Below are positions 50,595-61,248 of a stretch of DNA of 64,000 bases, in pieces. The notes under the pieces were generated by a model that saw only the letters and a program-made list of their open reading frames with translations, had not been told where the DNA came from and did no database searches. The stretch is taken from NCBI GenBank assembly GCA_963713705.1, contig CAVQMY010000027.1:89669-153668 (forward strand). Reading direction: 5' to 3'. The DNA is from an uncultured Verrucomicrobiae bacterium (GTDB taxonomy: Bacteria > Verrucomicrobiota > Verrucomicrobiia > Palsa-1439). The position numbers and the translations under genes are program-made. How positions within the stretch are numbered: the stretch's first letter is position 1; each line of letters opens with the position of its first letter.

Positions 50595-51056
50595 TCAATC
50601 TGATTTCAGTACTTGCCGAATAAGCCCCTCGAAACTGGAAGTCATTGGCTCGCTCCATTCATGCATTGTGTTATCCACAAACTGAGTTCCATAAGAAATG
50701 TCCTTCAAAACCCACTGTTCATCCTGAAAAACAAGCGTAACCTTGAATTCAGTATCAATTACAGGCTTTCCGCCTGTGCAACTAAACCAGCCCGTAATAA
50801 CCCCCGCATATGGGGATACGAGGGACTCGGTTTTCTGGACATCGTATGCGACACGGCTAAACCCACAAGAGCTGTGCGTTTTCTCTATCTCTGCCGGTGT
50901 CGTTTTATATGTTGACAACTTCTCTGCCATGGCCTTGAGAAGTTCGACTGGATCCGGTGTTGGCTTGCAACCTGAGAGGGTCAGCATCAGACCCATTGTC
51001 ACACTAGCGGCGAGCAAGGTCGCGATGCTGTCGCGCTTCAGGCCGGCGCCCGTCAC
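50595..51056 (-). CDS. Hypothetical lipoprotein
   Basis: LTLSGC lipobox after a hydrophobic stretch; the GTG start overlaps the upstream stop. Confidence 0.55.
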   Translation of the reverse strand: MTGAGLKRDSIATLLAASVTMGLMLTLSGCKPTPDPVELLKAMAEKLSTYKTTPAEIEKTHSSCGFSRVAYDVQKTESLVSPYAGVITGWFSCTGGKPVIDTEFKVTLVFQDEQWVLKDISYGTQFVDNTMHEWSEPMTSSFEGLIRQVLKSD

Positions 51057-51556
51057 GACTTCCTCCTGGCGACTCCCACCCACCATTTGGTCTCACTCGG
51101 CCCATCGCCAACACATTCCAAAGCGACAACATCACAGCCCGCACGCTCGAATTCCAGCCTGATTTCCTCACGCGGCCAATCAAAGCGGCCAAGGAATAAA
51201 CACCCGAGAAAACGCTCCCAATTCCGATTGTCGCAGTGGGCTGCACCACGCGTCAGATCATCGAAACACTGCCCGCCACGGTATGAACCTGCCTTTAGTT
51301 CCACAAGTAGGCGATTGTCCGGATTTTCCTCACGCGCGATCTCCAAATCAGAAAACCGTTCATCAGCCAAAGGCGGTCTTATACGAACGCAATATCTTGC
51401 TTGCCGCAATACTACGGCTAGTTCCACTTGAAACCACTTTTCGAGACCTACGTTATCATTGTCCTTAAGATAAATATCCAGTTTGCACAATTGGGGCCGA
51501 ACACTGCTGCATGTTAAACCGCAAAGAAAATGGGCTTTTTCATTCCTGTCACACAT
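51053..51556 (-). CDS. Hypothetical protein with a PD-(D/E)xK-like motif
   Basis: EKWFQVEL...FSDLEI...LLVELKAG; low GC. Confidence 0.5.
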   Translation of the reverse strand: MCDRNEKAHFLCGLTCSSVRPQLCKLDIYLKDNDNVGLEKWFQVELAVVLRQARYCVRIRPPLADERFSDLEIAREENPDNRLLVELKAGSYRGGQCFDDLTRGAAHCDNRNWERFLGCLFLGRFDWPREEIRLEFERAGCDVVALECVGDGPSETKWWVGVARRKS

Positions 51557-51793
51557 CTGAAGATTCCTTTATTTAACGAGGTCAAGCTCATTCCACCTTT
51601 CGTGATGCAGTGAAAGCGAAAGCAGGTAGCCGGTCGGTTTGAGGACGCGCTGCAGTCCGACGAGGCGAAGTAGGCAAACCACTTGGGATCGTCGCCGAGC
51701 AGCTGCCGGTTCATGCTGACTTTGTATCACCCTCGAAATGTCTGCCGCAATCCCAAAGCCAGCGGGATCACCAGTAAGCCGAGCCTGCTCCCC

Positions 51794-53305
51794 CTACTCC
51801 CTCTTCAGCGCCTTCACGGGATCGACATTCGCCGCTCGATTCGCAGGCAACAATCCGGCCAGTAGCGACACCACCGCCGCGCCGACGATCAGCATCAAGC
51901 AGAATCTCAAGTTGACGGAGAAAATCGAGTCGGGTATCAGCAGCGCTTCTTCGGGATCGAACACCGACCGCCGCGCGAACCCGATGACCCAATGGCTGAT
52001 GCCGATGGCCAGTAGCCAACCCAGCACCATTCCGACTATCGTCCCGAGCACGCCCTGCAACATCGCTTCGCCCAGAAACAGGCGGCGGATGTCCCGTTTC
52101 GTCGCCCCGAGCGCGCGAAACAAACCGATATCCACGCGGCTGTCGGACACCGTTTTCGACGTGGTGCTCCACACCAACGCGCACGCCAGTCCCAGGATCA
52201 GTCCGCCCAGCGCGAAGGCGACCTGTTTGACCACGCGCACCGTGCTGTCGAACGCCTCCGCCTGGTTCTCGAACGTCCGCGCCCGCGTCGCCACCGTAAA
52301 TCCCATGTCTTCAATCCGCTTCGCAATCGCCTCAATATCAGCGCCGTGCTTCACCAACACCAGGCCTTCCGTGTATTCGCCCGGCTTCGGCTCGCGCCGA
52401 CCCTGCTCGCCATAAACCACCTCGTCCGCCGCCCGCGGCGGATTCCGCGCCGCCAGCTGGTTCCGCTGGTCGATCCATTTCTCGCACAATTCCGCCTCAT
52501 CAAACGGTATCAACACCTTGTTGCCAGGACAAAAACCCACCACCCGCCCCTTCAAGTTGAGCGTGGTGTTGAAAATGGCCATGTCGTAGATCCCGCGGTA
52601 GCTGCGCTCTAACGAATCGCGTTGCGACGTGACCTCGTCGTCGCCCACGGGTCTGTATTCGCGTTTCGCGTAATCGTAATCGAAACGTGCCACCCGCGCG
52701 TAGTTGTCGCCGAGCACGATGGTCACGTCCCGCCCGAGCCACGTCTTCTCGCCGTTCGGGTCATCCTCCAGTTTGCCACGCTTGTCGTCGAACCGCAGCT
52801 TCACTTCGCGTTCCCCAACCACCAACGGGATGGCGTTAGTCACGCCCGTCACCAGCGCGCGGTCGGTCACGTACCGCAACAGCAGCGCCTCGGGTACGCC
52901 CTGGAGCTCGCCGACTCCCCGCGGCCGTTTGTCGAGGGAACTGACGCTCACCGGTTGCACCGCCACGGGCCGGTCCGCCGCTTCGACACCTGACCAACCC
53001 CGTATCTCGTCGAACACGGACTCGGTCAGAAACTGCATCCGCTTCTTCGCCTTCTTCTTCTGTTCGTCGGGCGTCATAACGAATTCATACGGGTTCTCGC
53101 CCGCGTACACGCGAATCACATCGGGGTCGATCTCCTCCGTCCAAATCGTCTTGATCGCCACATCGCGCACGCCCGCCAGCAACGAATTCACCGTGACGAC
53201 AACCACCACCCCCAACGCCACGGAAATGATCGCGAATGCCGCCCGCTTCTTTCGCAGCCCCAGCTTCTGCGTCGTCAACCGCAAATAGTCCCGCCGCCGG
53301 ATCAT
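51794..53305 (-). CDS. ABC transporter permease (FtsX/MacB-like)
   Basis: N-terminal TM, large periplasmic loop, DIGLFRALGAT..IRRLFLGEA, LPANRAANVDPVKALKRE. Confidence 0.9.
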   Translation of the reverse strand: MIRRRDYLRLTTQKLGLRKKRAAFAIISVALGVVVVVTVNSLLAGVRDVAIKTIWTEEIDPDVIRVYAGENPYEFVMTPDEQKKKAKKRMQFLTESVFDEIRGWSGVEAADRPVAVQPVSVSSLDKRPRGVGELQGVPEALLLRYVTDRALVTGVTNAIPLVVGEREVKLRFDDKRGKLEDDPNGEKTWLGRDVTIVLGDNYARVARFDYDYAKREYRPVGDDEVTSQRDSLERSYRGIYDMAIFNTTLNLKGRVVGFCPGNKVLIPFDEAELCEKWIDQRNQLAARNPPRAADEVVYGEQGRREPKPGEYTEGLVLVKHGADIEAIAKRIEDMGFTVATRARTFENQAEAFDSTVRVVKQVAFALGGLILGLACALVWSTTSKTVSDSRVDIGLFRALGATKRDIRRLFLGEAMLQGVLGTIVGMVLGWLLAIGISHWVIGFARRSVFDPEEALLIPDSIFSVNLRFCLMLIVGAAVVSLLAGLLPANRAANVDPVKALKRE

Positions 53306-53372
53306 GGCGCGCAACCACCTCTCTGTTCATTATGGGAGCGCGCTCCCGCAAAACCTGCCCACTGGATTGCGT

Positions 53373-53408
53373 CCCCTCTCCCTTGAAGGGAGAGGGTCAG
53401 GGTGAGGG
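53373..53408. repeat. REP-like hairpin CCCCTCTCCCTTGAAGGGAGAGGG..GGGTGAGGG
   Basis: Perfect CCCTCTCCC/GGGAGAGGG stem between the ABC genes. Confidence 0.65.
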
Positions 53409-53417
53409 TGAATTTCC

Positions 53418-54080
53418 TCACACCAACTCCCCCTTCTCAATGCGGATGACGCGTTGGGCAAACGCTGCCGCCTTCTCGTCGTGCGTGACCACCAGCACCG
53501 TTACGCCGCGCTCGCGGTTGATGCGCTGCAGCAGTTCCATCACGTGCGTCCCGGTGTCGCGGTCGAGGTTGCCGGTCGGTTCGTCCGCCAGGATAATCCG
53601 GGGACTGTTGATCAGCGCGCGGGCGATGGCCACGCGTTGCGCTTCGCCGCCCGAAAGCTGGTCGGGCTTGTGGTCGAGCCGCTCCCCCAACCCAAATTCC
53701 GCCAGCAACGCGCGGGCGCGCTCCCGACGATGGCGCTCATCCACGCCCGCGAACACCAACGGCAGCGCCGCGTTGTCCACGGCGTTGTAATAGCTCGGCA
53801 GGTTGAAGAATTGAAACACGAACCCGATGGTCCGGTTGCGAAACGCCGAAATCTTCTCGTCATCCATCGCGCTCAGGTGTTCGCCTGACACGATCACCTC
53901 GCCCGCCGTCGGCGTCAGCAACCCCGCGATCAGTTGGATGAGTGTCGTCTTGCCCGAACCGCTCGGCCCCATGATGGCTTCGAAATTGCCTTCGCGGACG
54001 TGTAGATCGACGTTGCGCAGCGCCTGTACGCGCTCGCTCTTGAGCCGAAACTCCACGCTGATGTTTTCCAGCCGAATCAT
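53418..54080 (-). CDS. ABC transporter ATP-binding protein (LolD/MacB-like)
   Basis: GPSGSGKTT, GFVFQFFNL, LSGGEAQR, LADEPTGNLD, VTHD. Confidence 0.95.
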   Translation of the reverse strand: MIRLENISVEFRLKSERVQALRNVDLHVREGNFEAIMGPSGSGKTTLIQLIAGLLTPTAGEVIVSGEHLSAMDDEKISAFRNRTIGFVFQFFNLPSYYNAVDNAALPLVFAGVDERHRRERARALLAEFGLGERLDHKPDQLSGGEAQRVAIARALINSPRIILADEPTGNLDRDTGTHVMELLQRINRERGVTVLVVTHDEKAAAFAQRVIRIEKGELV

Positions 54081-54150
54081 GCAGTGAGTCCGTTATGCAC
54101 GGTGGCGCAGGCCTCTGTGCCTGCGATGATATCGTCGCCGCGGTCCGCGC

Positions 54151-56354
54151 CTACCGCTTTCCGCCCGTGAAGCGTTCGACGCCGACGTTGCCTTCTTCAT
54201 CAGTGGCGCGAACGGCAATGAAATGCGGCCCGGCCGCTAATGGCCCGATCTTGACCTCAAATGCCTCCTCGCGGCTGTCGAACACGCCGTCCTTCGGAGC
54301 GAAATATTTCCATTCCCCGCCGTCAACGGAGTATTCGAGATACCGGATCAAACTCAGGTTGTCGCGCGCAATGCCCCTTAAAGTCCCGCTCGCCGCGTCA
54401 TACGAGAGTTCCAGTACTTGCGGGCGTGTGTTGTCCACCTTGACGAGGTCGCTGACCTTCTCGTCCGTCAGCGCTTCGCCCGCGGGGTTCGATTCCTCGT
54501 CGCTCGCCACCACCTTGATTCGATACCAACCGTCGGGGATGGATTCCGTGTCCCACGAGTATTCGGTCTTGTGAAGCGGCTTGTCCAGAAACGCCGGCAC
54601 CCACGCGTCATCGCCGTCAGCCTGGTAATACAGCCGATACACGAGCGCGTCGCCGTCCTTGTCGGTGGCGCGCCAATGGACTTCCTTCACCGGGTTCGCC
54701 GGTTTCGGACGGGCATCCTCGGTCTTGGACGTCGACTCGGAATCGCCGCTCACGCTCGGACCGGAGTTGCCTTCGCCATCACCAGACTTCTGCTCCGCCA
54801 ACGGCTCGATCTTCGGTTTCTCCGTCACCGGTTTCGGTTTCTCCCCAACCTCGACGGATAGGACCTCCGGCTTCTGGTTCTGCATCTGATAATACAGACT
54901 CAGCGACTTTAACACGGGTTCGGAAGCCGCGGCGAGCTGGGCGCGCACTTGAATAAACCGCGCGCGCGGACTGGCCACCTTGGCAGGTGAACTCTTCAAC
55001 GCTTCCGACCAATCCGACCACGTCGTGTCGGGCAAGGCCGTGTTGCCCGTGCTGTGGAGACCGAAATCGCCCCGCTGCCCATCCAAAACAGGTTGCCCCA
55101 CGTCGTCAGGAACCGGCAGTCGCGCACCTCGCTGGTAAAATCGCCGTCCCGCGCCTTCTGCGGATCGATGCCGTATCCGTTCCCAATGTTGCCGGTGCCG
55201 ACAAACGCCAGTTTGCCGTCACGTAGCGCGAGCGTGAGCGCCTGTTGCTCTTCGAACGCGAAGAGTAATTCCCAGTTCTGGTCGTTCCGCACGCGGTACA
55301 CGCGGCCTTTGCCGGACATCCCCGCCAGGACCATGCCATCGCCATCGACCTTCACGTCCAGGATCGATTCATCGTTCCAATTCGCCAGCCGGTCGACGCG
55401 TCCATCTGCATGCAGCACGTAGAGCGTACCGGCGAGCAGGTTCGCCAGTCGCGCTTCGGGCGGCGTTTCCCGTCCCGGCCCGGTCGTCTCGGCGGTCACC
55501 GCCGCTCCAAACTGCCCCGTCAGCCGCTGCGTGAGGTCCTCAAACTCGGTCGCGCTCGGACGACGGGCGGCCACACCGCGCGGTCGTCTGACCCGTTGCT
55601 TGTTCACGCCGATATAGACGTCGTCCCCGTTCACCGCCAGCGCCTTCACCTCATCCTCGGCAAATTCATGAAGCACGACGCCCTTCCCCTTCTCCGTGAT
55701 GCGGAACAGCAGTCCGCGGTCGCTCCCGCCCGCCAACAACGCGCCGCTGGCGTCCAGCGCCAAGCTGAGGATGTTGGAGTCTTCCGCGGCAAACCATTCC
55801 TCGACCTTCCCGTCCGGGCTGACGTGAAACACCTTTCCGTCAGGACCTGTGCCGGCGAAAATCTGGTCCTTCTTGTCTGCGAGGAGCGACCAAATGTATG
55901 GCGCCCGCAACCGGCAATAAGCTTCTTCGGGTTTCACCCCGGCGGCCTTGTTGTTCGTCGAGATCTTGTAGATTTTGCCGTCGGGCATCGTGGCGGCATA
56001 CAGATTGCCGCGCGAATCCAGCGTGAGTGCCGTCACCGCAATCGAATCGGCCTCCAGAAGCTTTGTCGTCCGTCCATCCTTGCCGAGCGCATACACATCC
56101 GCTGGCGAACCCGTGCCGAAATAAATCGTCCCGTCGCGATCGACCACGGAACACCAAATCTCCTTGGCGAATTCGCCGAGCTTCGTGGCGTCGTACCCCA
56201 GTCGCAACTGGCCGTCACTGGTGACGATGAGCCGCCGCAGCTTGCCGGTCATGAAATCCTGCGGCGACTTCAATTCCCACTGCTCGGTCTTGACGGCGAA
56301 GGAAGACGTGTAAACAAAAACGGACGATAGCAGAACCAAGGTAGATATTCTCAT
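54151..56354 (-). CDS. Secreted beta-propeller protein with a C-terminal FN3-like region; one indel near 55058
   Basis: Signal peptide and repeated YFGTGSP / FAGTGPDG blades. Adding one C joins to RTGNTALPDTTWSDWS...RARFIQVRA...IPDGWYRIKVVASD. Confidence 0.75.
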
Positions 56355-56360
56355 GCGCGA

Positions 56361-58128
56361 TTATTCCTGTCGAATCGGGACGCGGACCGTGGCTTGACCG
56401 CTGAGCACCCAATCGGTCGGTTCCACCAGTTGCTGGAGATCGGCGGCGGGCGTCATGTTGCCGCTGCTCGAGTCTTCCAATATGCCGACGACGCTCGCCG
56501 GGAGATTCTTCAACAGCTTGCCGCGGTACTGCATCCCCTGGCTGGATGTCGGCATCAACGCGACCAGGTCCGTATTGTGATGTCCCTTCTGAATCACGTC
56601 GAGATAGTCATCCAGATTGTCGGGCGATGCGGCGTCCGTCGGCGCAGAGTCTCCAGCCACAACGGTGACCGCGAGAGACCGCAGCGTGTCGGTGGCCGAC
56701 CGGTACATGGATGGGGATCGTCTTCGTAACCTCCGGCTGGCCGAACGGTTTGAGTACGACAGCCAACGGCACCGTTTCGCCGCGCTCGACTTCCGATTTG
56801 CTAAAGTACGCTCGCTTGATCTCGGCGGTCTGACGGCGGAGCGTTGCGTCCACCCTCACCGTGAGACGCGTAACGGTCGGGCTGCCGTACGGCGTATTGA
56901 CCATCGCCACCAGCGGCATCAGCGCTTCCATGTCGAGAAGTCCGCCTCCCGCGTTGAAAAACGTATCGGCCACAGCCACGGTCCGCGGCGACCCGCCGCT
57001 TTTCGTTGGCCCCAGTTCGGCGCTCACGGAAATCTGCGCGGTCGTATCCTGCGACGAACCGGACGCCGCGCTGACGGCCTGAGCAACCCCCACGATCACC
57101 AGTCGCGCCGTAAACGTCTGGTTATCCATGATTTCCACGTTGTAATGTTCCGTCTGCCCGGTGTCGTGGTTGACCGCGTCGATGGTGAGCGGGATCATGC
57201 GGGCCTGCGTCTTCGTGTCCGCCACAATACAACTCTCCCAATCGCCCACCATCGCCCCGATCTCGGCGACCGGCGTGGCCAGCTTGAACGATCGTTCCAG
57301 GCTCGACATGATCGTGTGCACCTCGGCCAGTACCGCGGGTGCCTGCACCGATCCGCCTCCAAAAAACGGGTGACCAAACGCCAGAACCCGGTCCTTCTCG
57401 ACGTACGTAGCCGTGCCCACCGCAGTCATGTTCAAATCGCCGCGCATCAATTGCACGCCGATGGATCCACCGGGCTCGATGTCGCCGCTCCGACGCGGCA
57501 GCGCCCCACTCCCGGCGCCACCCGCGACGACCGGCATCATCCCGAAACCGGTAAATCTCGATCCGAACCGCTCGATCACACCCGGACTGAAGCCGCCAAA
57601 CGAAAGTGGCGTGAGCAACGGATGCGGCGTGTCGGAATCGCCCGCGCCGCGAGAAAACGGTGCGTTCGGCGGCGCGAACATCGCGGGTGCGGACGACGAT
57701 CGGCCCAGCGACACCGAGGTCGTGACCGTCGCCGGCGGTACGAACGGCCTCGTCAATTGCGCCAGCATGTTCTGGATCGGCGTGACCCCGGCGAGCGGCT
57801 CGTTTTCAAACGTCCAGCCATACGCCAGCGCCCCAATCAGCTTGTCATTGATGTAAATGGGGCTGCCGCTCATACCGGCGATGACCTTGTGTTTCTCCAG
57901 GTCCGCCCCACTCATGCGGATCAGGATCATGTCCTGCTTGGGCATGACGTTTTTCAACACGCCGATGATTTCGACCTGAAAGCGTTCGGGTTTGATGCCC
58001 TGGAATACTGACAACCCGTACCCTTTCATGCCCGGCTGGAGCTGTTCGGGCCGCAGCGTATCGATGGCCAGCGCGGGACGTAATACGCCGAGCAGGCACA
58101 GCAGGAAAAGCGAGAGCGACCGGGTCAT
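56361..58128 (-). CDS. SpoIVB peptidase S55 domain protein; one indel near 56700
   Basis: GMKGYGLSVFQG, IAGMSGSPIY..GKL-like segment, GTATY..VLAFGHPF. Confidence 0.85.
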
Positions 58129-59042
58129 GGCGCTGGTTTGTTGGACGCCGTTGCGCTGGTTTCCGTTGAAGAAACCGCTTCCGCAGACTTGTCCTTGAAC
58201 TCTCCATGCACGAACTGGTCGATCTTGTCGTAGTACGCATCGAACGATTTGACGAATGCGTCCCGGTGTGAGCCATGAATCTCCACGAGTTCCTTCGGTT
58301 CATGCGCCAGGGCGTAAAGCCGTCGGGAGTCATTGAACGGCACCAGTTCATCGTCGCTGCTGTGGATCATCAGGACCGGCACGCGCACGTCGCTGATTTT
58401 CTTGATGGAATCGAATTGATTCAGCAACAGGTACTGCCAGGGGATCAACGGCCAGTCGTCCTCGATCTTCTCGAGGATCGACGCGTTTGCTCCTTCGGTA
58501 ATCAATCCCGCTGGCGCCACCCGCGTGGCCAGGTCGATGGCCACCGCCGCGCCGAGGTCTTCGCCAAAGATATACAGCCGCTCGAGTTTCACGTTCCGTT
58601 TGTCGACAAGGTAGAAACAGGCGGTCAGTGCGTCGCCGGTCAGCGCGCTCTCGGTCGGCGCGCCGCTGCTGGCGCCGTAGCCGTGGTAATCGATGGCAAA
58701 TACGTCGAGTCCCATATCATGGAAGAGATGGATCTTTTCCAGGCTGTCGCTCATGTTCCCCGCACGACCGTGGAAGAACAAGAGCGTGCGGGGCGCGGAA
58801 TTGGTTGCCGGCGGCTGCTCCGGCGACTGGGCGGGAATGAACCAGCCCTGGATGGTCACCCCGTCGTCTGAGGCCAGCGCGATGCTGTCGAAGGGCATCC
58901 CGGTGTCACGGGGCGTCTTTTTGACAAACGACGTGGGCGCATAGACGAACTCCTGCTCGTAGTCGCGCATCAGGAGATACACGCCACCCGCCAACAGGAC
59001 CACCAAAACGAACCGGAGCCACAATCGTGTCTTGCGTTTCAT
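58125..59042 (-). CDS. Membrane-anchored alpha/beta hydrolase (ABHD13/BEM46-like)
   Basis: LFFHGRAGN, DYHGYGASSG.PTE, HSSDDELVP, HGSH; the nucleophile elbow reads GEDLG. Confidence 0.85.
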   Translation of the reverse strand: MKRKTRLWLRFVLVVLLAGGVYLLMRDYEQEFVYAPTSFVKKTPRDTGMPFDSIALASDDGVTIQGWFIPAQSPEQPPATNSAPRTLLFFHGRAGNMSDSLEKIHLFHDMGLDVFAIDYHGYGASSGAPTESALTGDALTACFYLVDKRNVKLERLYIFGEDLGAAVAIDLATRVAPAGLITEGANASILEKIEDDWPLIPWQYLLLNQFDSIKKISDVRVPVLMIHSSDDELVPFNDSRRLYALAHEPKELVEIHGSHRDAFVKSFDAYYDKIDQFVHGEFKDKSAEAVSSTETSATASNKPAP

Positions 59043-59296
59043 GAAAGAATGCGCCTGTCCTTGGCCAACTCAGTACATACTGGCATCCGCCATGCCGCGC
59101 AACCCGAAAATCGCCATCGTCGATATGCACAGAAATGGCACACGCAGGAGTGCCGATTCGCACCGTCGTGTTGCCGACGCCATTCGAAGTTGAGGAAACC
59201 TCGCTATGGGTGCGCACGATGGGAGTTCTTTTCTCAATTCTCAGAAGCGGCATATTCCTTGCTCAGCTTTGTCACGTTTACGGTGAGGGCCTCCTC

Positions 59297-61222
59297 ATGG
59301 CGCAACCTATCGTTACCAAGACGTACGTTGGGGAATGGTCACCGCGCGCACGACTCTATGGGATGGCGCTCGTGATCACGTTGTCCTACATGCTCATCGG
59401 GCGGCTCAACAACGACAATGATTCCTGGGTCCAGGTCAGTCTCCCGCTGAGCAGCGCCTCCCTGTTGCTCGTGTCGCTCGCCGCCGCGGAAACCTACCTG
59501 TACGTCCAGCGCGTCCAGAAAAACCAGGCCGAACTCCAAGCCGCCCGCGCCCAGGAAATCGAGCTGTCCCAACGCCTCGCCTTCCAGCGGCAATCCACGT
59601 TGAACCAGATTTCGCGCGCCTTGATCGACAAACTCGACGTCGCCCGAATCTCGACGGACGTGCTGGAAAAAATCGCGCAACTCTTTGAAGCCGATGCCGT
59701 GACCGCCTGGTTGACCGAGAAGAACGGGCAAACACGGTTCCTTCTCAAAGGCGCTTTCGGGTTCACGTCCTGCAACCTCGAACAGTTGGAGGCAGCGCAC
59801 TGGACGTTCCCCGCGTTCGAGCAATCGGCCTCCGCCGTCCATCCGCTCGTTATTACGAACGTGGCGCAACAATCGCCGCCGGCGCTCGCGAGCGTGTGCG
59901 ACCGGGAGCGCGTGACCTCCGCCATCCTCAACCCCATTGTCTGCCGCGACGAAATCGTCGGCCTCCTCGGCATCTTCTACCGCAATCCCCGTGTCATATC
60001 GCCGTCGCTCATGGCCGAGATGCAAACCGTCGCCAACATCGTGGCCAGCGCCGTCCAAGCTGAGGAGTTGTACCGCGAGCTCGTGCAGGTGCAGAAGATC
60101 GAGTCCATCGGCGCCCTCGCCGCCGGGATTGCCCACGACTTCAATAACGTGCTTGCGGCCATTCTGGCCTGCGCCAGCTACGTTAAGCAACAGACCGAAC
60201 GGTCCAGCCCAACCTACCGCTACCTGGAGGCGACGGAAGCCAGTGCGCACCGTGGCGCGGCGTTGACGAAACAATTGCTGGCGTTTGCCCGACGGGAAGG
60301 CCCGCACCTGACCGTCGTCAATCCCAACGACTGCATCGAGCAGACGCTCAAAATGCTCGACCGCAGCCTCGACAAATCCATCCTCATCCAACGCCAGTTC
60401 GCCAAGACTATCCACGCGGTCGAGGTCGATCCGTCCCAACTCGAACAGGTCTTCCTCAACATCGCCGTCAATGCCCGCGACGCGATGCCCGATGGCGGCA
60501 TCCTCACAATCACCACCCGCAACGTTCTCCTGGACGGTGCCAATCCGTTTCGTCCCGCAGTGTCCCTGCCCGATGGCGACTACGTGCTGCTCTCGTTTCG
60601 CGACACGGGTTGTGGCATGGACGCGGCCACGCTCACGCGCATGTTCGAGCCGTTCTTCACCACCAAGCGGGTTGGCAAAGGCACCGGCCTGGGATTGTCG
60701 CTGGTGATGAACATCGTCAAGAGCTTCGGGGGCGAGATCCACGTGGAATCCCAACCGGGACAGGGAACCATGTTTGAGATTTTTCTGCCCGCGTCGCGAA
60801 AGGCGCCTGCGTCAGCACCGTCGCAACCGGAAACGACAGCTCGCGGCGGTCACGAGTGCATCCTGCTGGCCGAGGACGAGGAAGTCATCCGCGATATGGC
60901 ACAATTGGGACTCGAATCGAAAGGGTACACGGTACTCACCGCGCCGGATGGCGCCACGGCGCTTTCGACATTCCGCCAGCGGCAGGAAGAAATTGATCTG
61001 GTGATCGCCGACATGATGATGCCGTGCATCGGCGGACCGGAATTATTCGCGCGCATGAAGGAGATCGATCCCGGCGTCCGCGTCATCGTCTCCAGCGGCT
61101 ACAGCCACGACCAGGAAGGACGCCGGATGTTGCGCCACGGTTGTCTCGGCTACCTCCAAAAGCCCTACAACATGGATTCCCTCAACCAACTCGTCCGTAA
61201 CGTGCTCGACTCGGGGCTGTAA
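59297..61222 (+). CDS. Hybrid sensor histidine kinase (2 TM, GAF, HisKA, HATPase, receiver)
   Basis: GIAHDFNNVL, QVFLNIAVNARDAM, FEPFFTTK..GKGTGLGL, LLAEDE, DMMMP, YLQKPY. Confidence 0.93.
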   Translation: MAQPIVTKTYVGEWSPRARLYGMALVITLSYMLIGRLNNDNDSWVQVSLPLSSASLLLVSLAAAETYLYVQRVQKNQAELQAARAQEIELSQRLAFQRQSTLNQISRALIDKLDVARISTDVLEKIAQLFEADAVTAWLTEKNGQTRFLLKGAFGFTSCNLEQLEAAHWTFPAFEQSASAVHPLVITNVAQQSPPALASVCDRERVTSAILNPIVCRDEIVGLLGIFYRNPRVISPSLMAEMQTVANIVASAVQAEELYRELVQVQKIESIGALAAGIAHDFNNVLAAILACASYVKQQTERSSPTYRYLEATEASAHRGAALTKQLLAFARREGPHLTVVNPNDCIEQTLKMLDRSLDKSILIQRQFAKTIHAVEVDPSQLEQVFLNIAVNARDAMPDGGILTITTRNVLLDGANPFRPAVSLPDGDYVLLSFRDTGCGMDAATLTRMFEPFFTTKRVGKGTGLGLSLVMNIVKSFGGEIHVESQPGQGTMFEIFLPASRKAPASAPSQPETTARGGHECILLAEDEEVIRDMAQLGLESKGYTVLTAPDGATALSTFRQRQEEIDLVIADMMMPCIGGPELFARMKEIDPGVRVIVSSGYSHDQEGRRMLRHGCLGYLQKPYNMDSLNQLVRNVLDSGL

Positions 61223-61248
61223 GGGCTCCCTCGGCGTTCCGTCGTTGC

